Part shown: piece after piece, positions 44,177 to 55,769 of the stretch | Numbering within the stretch: the stretch's first letter is position 1 | How the letters are laid out: every line of letters starts with the position of its first letter | DNA from: Octopus vulgaris | Taxonomy: Eukaryota | Assembly (NCBI GenBank): GCA_951406725.2 | Contig: OX597817.1 | Span: 160,456,001 to 160,520,000 of the forward strand | DNA: 64,000 nucleotides | Direction of reading: 5' to 3' | The notes under the pieces: model-generated | What the model was told of the DNA's origin: nothing | The model's input: the letters and a program-made list of their open reading frames with translations, nothing else | Database searches by the model: none | Made by a program: the position numbers and the translations under genes

Positions 44177-44609
44177 ACAATACCGGGAGATTTTATTTCT
44201 TCATAGTTAGTTGTAGCTCGTTAATTTGGAATTCGTTCTGCAATTCATATTCCAGAACTGTTGGGGGGGGGGGAATATTGTATCAATTGCTACTTTTTTT
44301 TTTAAAGTACAATGTGATAAAACAGCATCGATTGCCGCTTCGTCACTATAACGATGACCAGGCGGTTAGAAAGGATTGTTATCAGTGAAACGCAAACTTC
44401 CTGTTTCCGGAATGAAATTTCCGTTCATCGCAGCTCATTCTTGAATCGTCTGTACTGGAAGCGTCTGAATTTTTCGAATCACCTTAAGTCATTGCAAACA
44501 ATCTCAACAAACAAACAACGAACGATAACAACAACAACAACAACAACAACAACAATTGACAACAACGACATAATGGAAACCGGCAAATAGCCGAAAAATA
44601 GCATTGAAC

Positions 44610-44785
44610 CAGGATGAACGATTTAGGATTTTATTCAGCATATTCCCCTCTAATATCCACACACTTATTGCAGCGATCCTTCAGTTTTTCTAAGCCTAAT
44701 AAAAGAACCCAGAAACTTGGGCCGCCAACCTGGCCTTTCGTGTTACCCTTAAAGCCAGGAACTTTTCAGGCCCTTTCCGTCGTAT
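44610..44785. mobile_element. Mariner-like MITE, partial, inverted relative to 47346-47563
   Basis: AAAGCCAGGAACTTTTCAG TIR; interior matches the reverse complement of the 47346 copy. Confidence 0.7.
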
Positions 44786-44879
44786 ACATATTCACACACA
44801 CGTATGTATGTATGTATGTATGTATGTATGTATGTATGTATGTATGTATGTATGTATGTATGTATGTATTTATGTATGT

Positions 44880-45087
44880 AAAGTTAATCCAAACAAGAAA
44901 GCACAAAAAAACACAACAACGCGAGGACGTGGAACAAATATTAGTATTATTGGACGCTCAGGAAAGAAGGAAAGAAGGAGGGTTTAACGTGTCTAGTGGA
45001 GCTCTTCGTCGGAAACATAGGGGAAGGAAAGATCCAGAGAAGGGAAAACAGAGGGAAAAAAATCGCCAACGGTACACACGCGGTCGT
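44880..45087 (-). mobile_element. Penelope-like short repeat with a degenerate hammerhead core
   Basis: Minus strand GTTT-CCGACGA-A-GAGC-TCC-ACTA-GACACGTT-AAAC; shares CTGAGCG..TAATAC flank motifs with the 31115 repeat. Confidence 0.45.
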
Positions 45088-46357
45088 ATGTATGTAACAG
45101 TTAAGCTTCGTGCAATGGTCATACTCGATAACGAGGGGGCAGCCATAATAATGTATGTATGTATGTATGTATGCATTTATGCATGTATGTATGTATGTAT
45201 GTATGTATGTATGTATGTATGTATATATGTACGTACGTACGTATGTATGTATGTATGTATGTATGTATGTATGTACGTACGTACGTATGTATGTATGTAT
45301 GTATGTATGTATGTATGTATGTATGTATGTATGTATGTATGTACGTATGTATGTGAGGTGAGCTGTATACTTATAGATTTCAAAGTTTTATATGATCTCT
45401 ATCAATGCTTTATATACTAAATGACTATGAGACAATAAATATCTGCTTCTCGTAATAGTCATACACTGGTTCAACATTACTATCGTGAATTTGCTATCTA
45501 TTTGCGTCCAGGTCGTAGGAAGTACGAATTGCTTAAGAACAATGGCTTGAAAATCTGTTTATCTTTTTTTTTTTTTTTTTGTCATTATGAAAAACATCAA
45601 TAATATAACATATTGTATTTAGGTCAGTGATTTCGAAAAGACTTCTGTGGCTGTTTTCTTTCGAATTTGAAACTAATGCATTCTGCTCCTAACTTGTTTC
45701 TCTCCATAGTTTATATGTCGTCTGCTTGACTCATCACTATGCTGTCCTTGAAGAAAGTGGCAATGACGTGTCACAGGAAAAACAGCATAGACCAAACCAA
45801 GCTGGGTAGATATCAGTCTACCCAGCTTGTTCTCTTTTTTTCTCTCTGCATTTTTTTTTTGCCTATCTCTCTGTCAGTCTCTCCCTCTTTTCTTTTTTAA
45901 ATGTAGGTCAAAGATATTGAGTAAGTACATAGGTTCAATGAAATTTCAAGAATGTGGTAGTGATAAAAAGCACTCAGGCAGCTATGCAAGTCATTCGTGT
46001 TCTATTAATGGTCAGTCATAATGATATGCCAATTTAGGTTGATTATTGCTGTTTGCAGCCGTGGCTCATGTCGTTGTTATTCTATTGTTTTTCCAAACAA
46101 AGCTATAATAATGAGAACAACTTGAACAAATTTAAGAATATCTTTTTCTGCTCTTTAGTAAACAACGTAAGCTTTGCAACTATGTGGTTTTGAGTTCGGT
46201 CCCATTACGTGGCACCCTGCATTGTCATTTTTGTGCATCAAGCATTTGGTTGAATTTTCTTGTTCTTGGATTGCAAACGCATACCCTTCAAAGTGAGAGT
46301 CCATGTTAGACTGCATTGATTTTCAATCTTATTATCATCTCAGAGCTTTCTGCTTAC

Positions 46358-46388
<31 letters not shown>

Positions 46389-46473
46389 TGTATGTATGTA
46401 TGTATGTATGTATGTATGTATGTATGTATGTATGTATGTATGTATGTATGTATGTATGTATGTATGTATGTGC

Positions 46474-46551
<78 letters not shown>

Positions 46552-46584
46552 CTCTCCTGTGTGATTCTTCTGTCCGGCATTCAC

Positions 46585-46780
46585 CATGATAGATCGCTAG
46601 CCACTACACATTCTTTATTTTCTCTACTTGTTTCTTTCTGTGTTCCTTTCTGTGGAAGAGCGTAGGCTCGAAACATTAAAGACTTTTTCACTTCTTGAGT
46701 GTTATACTAATATATTAATACATCTGTTTGTTGTCTACACCACCTGCCTTCAGCTTTTGTTTTTTTGTGAATTCTCCCTA
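46585..46780 (+). mobile_element. Second copy of the 31115 repeat (Penelope-like, degenerate hammerhead core)
   Basis: CTTT-CTGTGGA-A-GAGC-GTAG-GCTC-GAAACATT-AAAG. Confidence 0.55.
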
Positions 46781-46784
46781 TATA

Positions 46785-47161
46785 CACTACCGTCAGAAAT
46801 TAATTAGCACCCTTGATTTGCTCTTCACTCAAGGTATGTGCTGTCACCTAGTGGTCATATCTCGAACTATTGCTTTGTTGCGAGTTCACTGTTGCACAGA
46901 ACGATGACGTAACTTTGTTTGCAGAGCAGTTTGAGAGTCTACAGCCTTATGATGTTGACATAGCAGTGCAACAAATTGGAGTGCGGATGCAGACAAATCT
47001 TCCTTTGTTTAATAGATATAGGTAGCGCCTCGCAAGGACCGAAATCACACCATACTAAGTTTTCTCATCGCGTAAGACGTTTTGAACAGCTCATAGGTTA
47101 ATTGATTTAACGTATTTAATGTAGAAATTTGAGAAGTGGTAATTAATTTCTGACGCAAGTG
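46785..47161. mobile_element. Tc1/mariner MITE
   Basis: TIRs CACTACCGTCAGAAATTAATTAGCAC / GTGGTAATTAATTTCTGACGCAAGTG with TA flanks. Confidence 0.8.
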
Positions 47162-47309
47162 TATATATATATATTACGGAGATGTACTTGCATAGCAAGT
47201 GATTTGATCTGAGATCTTGTGCTGAAACGAAAACAATTGCAGCGTGGAAGGTGTTTGTAAGCCATTTAAGAAACACACAAAAGCCGTTCGATTCACTTCA
47301 ACATTTAAG

Positions 47310-47345
<36 letters not shown>

Positions 47346-47347
<2 letters not shown>

Positions 47348-47563
47348 AAAGGGTGCTTAAAACTTCCTGGCTTTATGGGAGTTGCGAAAGGCCTGGTTGG
47401 AGGACCGACTGACCGAGTTCTTTTACAGGGCTTAGAAAAAATTGAAGGACCGCTGCAATATGTGTGTGAATCTGAGAGGGGAATATGGCGAATAAAATCA
47501 TAATTAACTGATTCTCCTGTAATTTCTTTTACCCAAAACCGGGAACTTTTCAGCACTCCCTCG
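47346..47563. mobile_element. Mariner-like MITE
   Basis: Imperfect TIRs CGAAAGGGTGCTTAAAACTTCCTGG / CCGGGAACTTTTCAGCACTCCCTCG inside (TA)n. Confidence 0.75.
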
Positions 47564-47584
47564 TGTATATATACATACCTACAT

Positions 47585-47640
<56 letters not shown>

Positions 47641-48145
47641 GGGGAGTGAGAGAATGAGAGAAGGAGTGTGTGTGTGTTCACCCGCATGATAACCACTTGA
47701 AGTTTTTCAAATTTTCAGCACATTCTTTTCAAAATATGTACTTCTGATATAAGTTTGCATACTGAGGACGGAAATTGCATTCATTTGTGTAGATATTAGT
47801 AAGAAAAAAGTCATAAGTGCTTAAAATTATGTATTTTTAGCCAACCGGCAACCTCCATTTGGCGGCATGTCGTCTGTGTCGATTTCCGCACGTACCTCTA
47901 CATACCTTCCCGACCTGCTAGAAATAGCTCCCAAATCTTCCTTAAGCTACTTTCCACAACGTTTAAAAAGGACGAAGGACGAAGCATTGTGCCACAGTAC
48001 CGTTGATTTTCTATATGATCGTCCATTGTCTTGGAGAATCGTAATGTAAATCTTTTATTGAGCTCACGTTTGTCGAAAATTAATAACAAATTTTAAACAC
48101 AAAACAAAAATGATGAAACATATATATATTCTTGTTTCCTTTGTT

Positions 48146-48517
48146 AGGCATAGGAGTGGCTGTGTGGTAAGTAGCTTGCTTACGAACCACATGGTTCAAT
48201 CCCACTGCGTGGCACCTTGGGCAAGTATCTTCTACTGTAGCCTCGGGCCGACCAAAGCCTTGTGAGTAGATTTGGTAGACGGAAGCTGAAAGAAGCCTGT
48301 CGTATATATATATGTATATATATATATGTATGTTCGTGTGTCTGTGTTTGTGCCCCCTAACATCGCTTGACAACCGATGTTGGTGTGTTTACGTCCTCGT
48401 AACTTAGCGGTTCGGCAAAAGAGCCCGATAGAATAAGTACTAGGCTTACAAAGAATAAGTCCTGGGGTCGATTTGCTCAACGATCCATCATGGCTGCAGT
48501 CAAATGACTGAAACAAG
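48146..48517 (+). mobile_element. SINE family B
   Basis: Copy with small deletions. Confidence 0.88.
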
Positions 48518-48739
48518 CATGTATGTATGTATGTATGTATGTATGTATGTATGTATGTATGTATGTATGTATGTATGTGTGTGTGTGTATAAACTTAAAC
48601 AACGTTGCCTGATATAGAGATGATATGAAAAATCCGGTGTTATCATCTTAAAAAGGAAACACTTTATAAAGGGAAACTCATTGGTACTGATTTCTGTCAA
48701 CCGCCGACTGCATTAACACATCGACTGAATCTAACTATC

Positions 48740-49130
48740 AATAGATACATGCGATAGAGGCGAACCATAAGCCATCTCTCCTGCATGGATAATTAAAGAC
48801 AAGTTATAAGAGACAACGCCTAGTTGAAATACCTACAAGAAACTGCATATGAATTCAGCAGTGATATCAAAATAAGTACGGGATTAAAACAAATATGCCA
48901 AAGATTCTCTAAGAAAAGGCAAATTAATTAAAAAAATTAAAACATCAAGTTTAGATTTAGGCAGTGAAATTAGAGAATTAGAACGGAACCGCCCATACAA
49001 GTGTTTTGAAGCGGAGTTGAATGTGATAAGATACGGCGTAGAGAAATGAAGGGGAAAATTAGTTAGGAGTCAGCCTTAATACTACTAAAAGCTGAACTTA
49101 GCGCCGGAAATGAGATTATAGCTGGTATGG
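48740..49130 (+). mobile_element. Decayed LINE reverse-transcriptase fragment (R4/Dong-like)
   Basis: Fragments resembling ISHL.YMDD.K, FSSDIK..GL.K.AK..L.KGKL, G.EIREL....YK. Confidence 0.55.
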
Positions 49131-49276
49131 ATAGATAGAATATATCAACTACCACAAGGGAAAGGGGATGTCTCGAACAAATAGAGGACTATTACAAAGT
49201 AAACATTGTGGGCCTAGAAAAATACTCAGAGGTAAAAGGTAAACTGAATGCTGTATAATATGACAGCACGACAAAG

Positions 49277-49696
49277 GGCGATCTTTCGTCTCTAGTAGAC
49301 CTTTCCGTCGATTTCCGTAAAAAAATTTTTTTTTTACATATGGGCTTGCGGGAACTTTTGAAATAATATACATACATATACACATACACCGAGTAAAAAA
49401 TTTCAGTTATCTCTTTCTTTCACACATTAATCTGTCTCTTCACACACACTAACAGAAGCACTTCACTTACACAACATACTGTCTGTCTCCTACACCCCAT
49501 CAAACACACACACACACACATGTACATCAATGCTTCCCATGCACGGTAACTTCAAAAGAATTTCCCTTGTCATACAATCGCTTTCTCTTAGTCTCTTTCG
49601 CTCTCATTACTTCAAAAGTTCCCGCAAGCCCATATGTAAAAAAAAAAAAATTTTACGGAAATCGACGGAAAGGTCTACTAGAGACGAAAGATTGCC
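49277..49696. mobile_element. GG-ended MITE with about 90-bp TIRs and a probable 8-bp TSD
   Basis: GGCGATCTTTCGTCTCTAGTAGACC... / ...GGTCTACTAGAGACGAAAGATTGCC; CGACAAAG on the left and again at 49719 after a short duplicated TIR piece. Confidence 0.8.
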
Positions 49697-49844
49697 CGAC
49701 AGGCGATCTTTCGTCTCCCGACAAAGAAAAACAAGACAAAAAGAAACACCAATAATATTCTAGATACAAATTTCACGGAGCAAAAATAAATTTTCATTTA
49801 GAGAAAATAATTAAAATTATTAAAAAGAAGTTAGGAGAAAAGAA

Positions 49845-50245
49845 GGATCTTTTCGGTTTGAACGGCAGTTTTTTCTAGCGGTGTCATATGAAATTGTCAC
49901 CCATAATTATGACCCTAGTATCGATCTATTGCATTTCAATCTGTTTTAGGGTTAGGGTTAGGGTTAGGGGTGGGGGGAAGGATATTTCTTTTTCTTCAGA
50001 AATGTAAATAAACCCAATCTGTTTCTTAAATGAGGGACATATTCATCCGGCACAGAATGTTTTTTACCTCAATAGACGGCAGTGATTGGTTGGAATTGCA
50101 GAAATTGAATTTTCTATAGAATTTTCTCAATAAAGCCAAGTGAAAAAGATGTTTTATAAACACATTCTACCAGTATACGAAGTTTAAAATTTTTTAGTTA
50201 CCTAGAAATTATTTTAAAAAACTGCCGTTCAAACCGAAAAGATCT
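49845..50245. mobile_element. GG-ended MITE with internal (TTAGGG)3 (copy 2)
   Basis: TIRs as copy 1; 8-bp TSD GAAAAGAA. Confidence 0.9.
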
Positions 50246-51015
50246 GAAAAGAAATATATAATTGAATCAAAACATGACTGCGTGGTTCAGAACCTGGCTT
50301 TGCAACCACGAGGCTTCGGGTTCAGTACCACTGCGTGGCACCTTGGGCAAGTCACTTCTACTATGGCTCCGGGCCGACCGGTACCTTTTAAGTGAATATG
50401 GTAGGGTAAACTGGGTGGAAGCCCATCGTGTGTGTGTGTGTGTTTACATGTATGTATTTGGTGTTTGTCCTCAATAACCGATGCTAACTTGTTTGCGTTA
50501 CCATAATTTTTTTCTAGCTGTTTGGCAAAGAGAGACCGATAGAATATGTATCTGAGCTTAAGATAAATCCTGGGGTCGATTTGTTCGACTAAACACGTCA
50601 ATGCACTGCTCCAGTATGGACGGATATACAATCGTGAGGTTGCTACTTCGATTCCCGCACCGGGTTGTATGTTGTGTTCTTGAGCAAGACACTTTATTTC
50701 ACATTGCTCCAGTTCACTCAGCTGTAGAAATGAGTTGCAACGCCACTGGTGCCTTTGTCTTTCCCTTCCGAAAGGGAAGGCTGGTATGCATGGGCGGCTG
50801 CTGATCTTCCACAAACAACCTTGCTCGGACTTGTGCCTCGAAGGGGAAATTTCTAGGTGTAATTCCATGATCATTCATGATCTAAGGGGATCTTAACCCT
50901 AAGCATTTAAGTGTATGTACTATTCTATGTAGTGTCCATCCATCCAGCTTCAATCGAAAAGTACTAGTCGACCAGAAGCTATTGCAAAAGACACTGTTCT
51001 ACACACAGTGGGATC

Positions 51016-51247
51016 TATTTCTTTATTACCCACAAGGGGCTAAACACAGAGGGGACAAACAAGGACAGACAAACGAATTAAGTCGATTACATCGACCCCA
51101 GTGCGTAACTGGTACTTAATTTATCGACCCCGAAAGGATGAAAGGCAAAGTCGACCTCGGCGGAATTTGAACTCAGAACGTTACGGCAGGCGAAATATGG
51201 CTACGCATTTCGCCCGGCGTGCTAACGTTTCTGCCAGCTCGCCGCCT
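51016..51247 (-). mobile_element. SINE family A monomer with TSD
   Basis: TTCTACACACAGTGGGATC duplicated on both sides. Confidence 0.92.
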
Positions 51248-52040
51248 TCTACACACAGTGGGATCGTGATTGTAATACGAACTTCTTAAGCAATTTAGCC
51301 ATACTGCGATCGCTCGTAGGCGTTGTATTTATATTCAACCAACAATATATACAAGTTATAACAGTAGCTGTCTTTATTTGACTGCTTCCATAAACGGCAT
51401 CCTTTCATTCTTAATGATAAAGTTGCATGAGATATATCAACACATAGTCATATTAAGCACTACCCACTAAGGACATCATAAATATATTATAAATAAACAT
51501 TTCTTATCAGCAAGAAAAGCAATCAGTTAGTTCAGATTCAGTGATCTGAAGAGAAAGATGTATGATGCTTGAATAACACGGGAGATTTATCAAGTGTAAG
51601 ACAGTGTAAATACTGGAGTGTGTTATGGTGCAGCAATGATGCAGATGTGTTGTGCAGTGCAATGGCAGTGCAATAGCAATCTGATTTTTCTTTCTTTCTT
51701 TCTTTCTTCTTTTTTTTTTTTGTAATGTTTTTATTCTTTGTCAAGGACGCACAGTACCCATCACCTTTTTCGGAACTTCCGAAAGTAGAAGGAGGTAAGG
51801 AGGAAGAAATGTACCCTCATAGCGGAGTCCTGACTAGAATACATGCAGAAGAATGGGTTCCTCCACGGTAACTCAGCCAGAGTATGCGCCACCTGGGACA
51901 GTCCTTGAGTTTACCATCCTTCATCCCAGGACCCCGAATCTATACAAGCCTATACAGCAGCCCCCAAAGTGCCCCCCCCACCAAAAAAAAAAGCGCTGCC
52001 CGGACGGCCCTTCCCTCTCCCTGCACCATCCCGTTCTCCA

Positions 52041-52470
52041 CCTATTTCTTTACCACCCACAAAGGGCTAAATACAGGGAGGACAAACAAACAGATTAAGT
52101 CGATTATATCGACCCCGAAAGGATGAAAGGCAAAGTCGACCTCGGCGGAATTTGAACTCAGAACGTAGCGGCAGACGAAATACGGCTACGCATTTCGCCC
52201 GGCATGCTAACGTTTCTGCCAGCTCGCCGCCTTATAACAGCAGACAAAATACCTATTTCTTTACTACCCACAAGGGGCTAAACACAGAGAGGACAAACAA
52301 GGACAGACAAACGGATTAAGTCGATTACATCGACCCCAGTGCGTAACTGGTACTTAATTTATCGACCCCGAAAGAATGAAAGGCAAAGTCAATCCCGGCG
52401 GAATTTGAACTGAGAACGTAGCGGCAGACGAAATACCACTAAGCATTTCGCCCGGCGTGCTAACGATTTT
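52041..52470 (-). mobile_element. Two adjacent SINE family A copies
   Basis: Matches to family A body and head. Confidence 0.88.
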
Positions 52471-52539
52471 ACCAGTTCCCAAACTTGCAGTATAATATAA
52501 ATATTGCAGTGTATTACAGTGTAATGGTGAGGTAGTTAC

Positions 52540-53365
52540 AGCGTAGTAATATACATATAAATACAACAGTGTACTACTGTGCGCGATAGTAGTAGTGTAG
52601 TGTAAAAATTGCAGTATATAGCTGTGTGGTGTAGTGGTATGCAGAGTAAAAATTGCAGTATACAGCTGTACAGTAAAGTGGTAGGGTGGTGACATTGCAG
52701 TGTGGTGTAAAAATTACAGTATATGGCTGTGTAGAGTAGAGGTAGTTTAGTAACATTGTAGTGTGGTGTGAAATTATAGTATACAGCTGTGTAGAGTAGT
52801 GGTAGTTTCGTAACATTGCAGTGTAGTATAAAAATTACAGTATATAGTTGTGTAGAGATGTAGTTTCGTAGCATTGTAGTGTGGTATAAAATTATACTAT
52901 ATAGCTGTGTAAAGTAGCGGTAGTTTAGTAACATTGTAGTGCGGGTGTAAAAATTATAGTATATAGCTGTGTAGAGTAGTGGTAGGGTACTGTAAAAATT
53001 ACAGTATATAGCCGTGTAGAGCAGAGGTAGTTTCGTAACATTGTAGTGTGGATGTAGATATTATAGTATATAGCTGTGTTGAGTAGTGATAGGGTAGTAT
53101 AAAAATTACAGTATATAGCTGTGTAGAGCAGAGGTAGTTTCGTAACATTGTAGTGTGGAGTAAATTTATAGTATATAGCTGTGTAAAGTAGTGGTAGTTT
53201 ATTAACATTGTAGTGTGGGTGTCAAAATTATAGTATATAGCTGTGTAAAGTAGTGGTAGTTTATTAACATTGTAGTGTGGGTGTCAAAATTATAGTATAT
53301 AGCTGTGTAAAGTAGTGGTAGTTTCGTAACATCGTAGTCTGAGTGTAAAAATTGCAGTATGTTGC
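52540..53365. repeat. Minisatellite, unit about 59-62 bp, roughly a dozen copies
   Basis: Unit resembling GTGTAAAAATTATAGTATATAGCTGTGTAGAGTAGTGGTAGTTTCGTAACATTGTAGTGTG. Confidence 0.9.
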
Positions 53366-53973
53366 TAAGCAGCGTAGTGGTTTAAAGCTAGGTTGCAGTG
53401 TAGAAGTGCAATGGTACCATGTGTTTCCAATACTATCAAGCTTCAAGTGTATGTCGATATTTAGCTCGACGTCACGGCATATTTTATTCCACGTCAACTG
53501 TTGCAGCTTGGCTTTTTCATTGATGAGGAGTTAAACACGTACATCTGGCACCAGGTGGCGATGGCAACAGGATATATTGACAAAACAGCTGTATGTAAGT
53601 GTGTCATGAGAACTACTGTTTCGAACGGAGGCCCTTTATTGGAAAAGACATGGGGATTTATCACAATGGAGCTGCTCTAGCTCTTACTGTTTCTTTTCTT
53701 TTTCTTGTTGTTTTTTTTTTTTTTTGGTATTTGTTATTGTTTTTATAGTTGTCGTTGCTTTTGTAATTACTATCTTAAAAAACGTGCTGTTGCTGCTTTT
53801 GTTACAAGTGCCGGCGCTCAGCAGAATCGGTTGTGGAACGACAAACTAATGAGCTGTAGTATTTGATTGTGACCCTTTACGTTTTAAGTTCGAATTCTAC
53901 CCATGCTGATATTATCTTTCGTCATCCTAAGGTACGACAAAATACGTACCAGTGATGTTCTGGAGTAGATTAA

Positions 53974-54409
53974 GGATCTTTTCGGTTTGAACAGCAGTTT
54001 TTTCTAGCGGTGTCATATGAAATTGTCACCCATAATTACGACCCTAGTATCAATCTATTGCATTTCAATCTGTTTTGGGGTTAGGGTTAGTTAGGGTTAG
54101 GGGTAGGGGGGGGGAAGGGTATCTTTTTTTTTTTCAGAACTGTAAATAAACCCAATCTGTTTCTTAAACGAGGCACATATTCATACGGTACAGAATGTTT
54201 TTTTATACCTCAATAGACGTCATTGATTGGTTGAAATTGCAGAAATTGAAGAAAAAAAACAACAAATATCTTACAAACTATAGAATTTTCTCAATAAAGC
54301 CAAGAGAAAAAGATGTTTTATAAACACATTCTACCAGTATACGAAGTTTAAAAGTGTTTAGTTACGTGGTAATTATTTTAAAAAACTGCCAGTCAAGCCG
54401 AAAAGATCC
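53974..54409. mobile_element. GG-ended MITE with internal TTAGGG repeats (copy 3)
   Basis: GGATC...GATCC ends; 8-bp TSD TAGATTAA. Confidence 0.9.
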
Positions 54410-55484
54410 TAGATTAAATCTTGTATAGCCCTCCCCATAAAAAAGATGCCGCGCCTTTTTTTTTTTTTTTAGAAATAATTCTATTACTAGATTGATGGGT
54501 TTTAGAGAATCGTTAGAGCAGAAATCTTCAACCTTTGCACCGCAGCCCCAGAGTATTTACCCCCACAGAAGAAACAACTGCACCCCAAAACTGCATTACT
54601 TACACCACACTGTATGTGTTTGTATAGAGAGTAGAGTGCGGCGTTTTACGGTTCAAATCCGAGGTGCACGAAGCGAAGTACCCATGGACCTGATTACCCA
54701 TCAACTATTTATAATTATGCAGTACTTCTTCCACCTCCTTCCCCACGGGCTCGGGAATAAAATTTGCTTAGGGGGTGCAAACCCAGGTCCAAAAATATTT
54801 ACAAACGAGGTCTTGTTTTTTTTTTGTTATTTATTTTTGTGTTTTTTTTTTCTTTGAGAAGGAACCTAACTTCAAGCTACTTTTTATTTACCGTTTTCTA
54901 AATCTGAGAAAAATAAGTAGAGCTGCAAATTTTGGTTCTGCATTCCACAAAAATTCTAGGGGGTGCACTTGCACCACTTGCACCCCCTGTTCCCGGGCCC
55001 ATGTCCTTCCCGTTTTCATTTTATTTCTATTCATACATTTAAACAACGATTCTCAACCATATTTTATCTGTGGACCCCTTTGATTACTACTTTATTCTAG
55101 TGGACTCCCTTTATTATTTTATTCTGCTGAACTCCCATAGCCATTTGATGTTTAAAAACTAGTTTTATAGATACTTCTTTCAAAATTCTTATTTTGCTTA
55201 TCGTGCATTTACTTGTGTGGGCTGAACTATGTAAAACGGCAGAGAAAGAAACCTGACTATTTCTTATAATACACACATCTAAAACAAAAAAATTTTCATG
55301 GACCCATAAAATGCTATTGTAGACCCGATTTTGCTTGTGTGGGACCCCAGAAATCTTATAGGGAACCTGGTCGAGAATACCGATCTATAGGAATAAGACA
55401 TTTTCTTTTGTTCTTACAAAACAGTCTTTCGTGATGCATAATTGTTGCTCACTGCTGCTGGTGGATTTATGTAGAAATCAAGGA

Positions 55485-55714
55485 AGGTGGCGAGCTGGCA
55501 GAACCGTTAGCACGCCGGGCGAAATGCGAAGCCGTATTTCGTCTGCCGTTACGTTCTGAGTTCAAATTCCGCCGAGGTCGACTTTGCCTTTCATCCTTTC
55601 GAGGTCGATAAATTAAGTACCAGTTACACACTGGGGTCGATGTAATCGACTTAGTCCGTTTGTCTGTCCTTGTTTGTCCCCTCTATGTTTAGCCCCTTGT
55701 GGGTAATAAAGAAA
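55485..55714 (+). mobile_element. SINE family A monomer
   Basis: TAGAAATCAAG duplicated on both sides. Confidence 0.9.
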
Positions 55715-55769
55715 CATATATAGAAATCAAGATATGGGGGGAAAAGCCATCAAGTGGAACTGAAGGTAT

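Noticed and set aside
49945-49970. (TTAGGG)n as a telomere or fusion site
   Set aside because: Only about three units, internal to a MITE present three times in the window.
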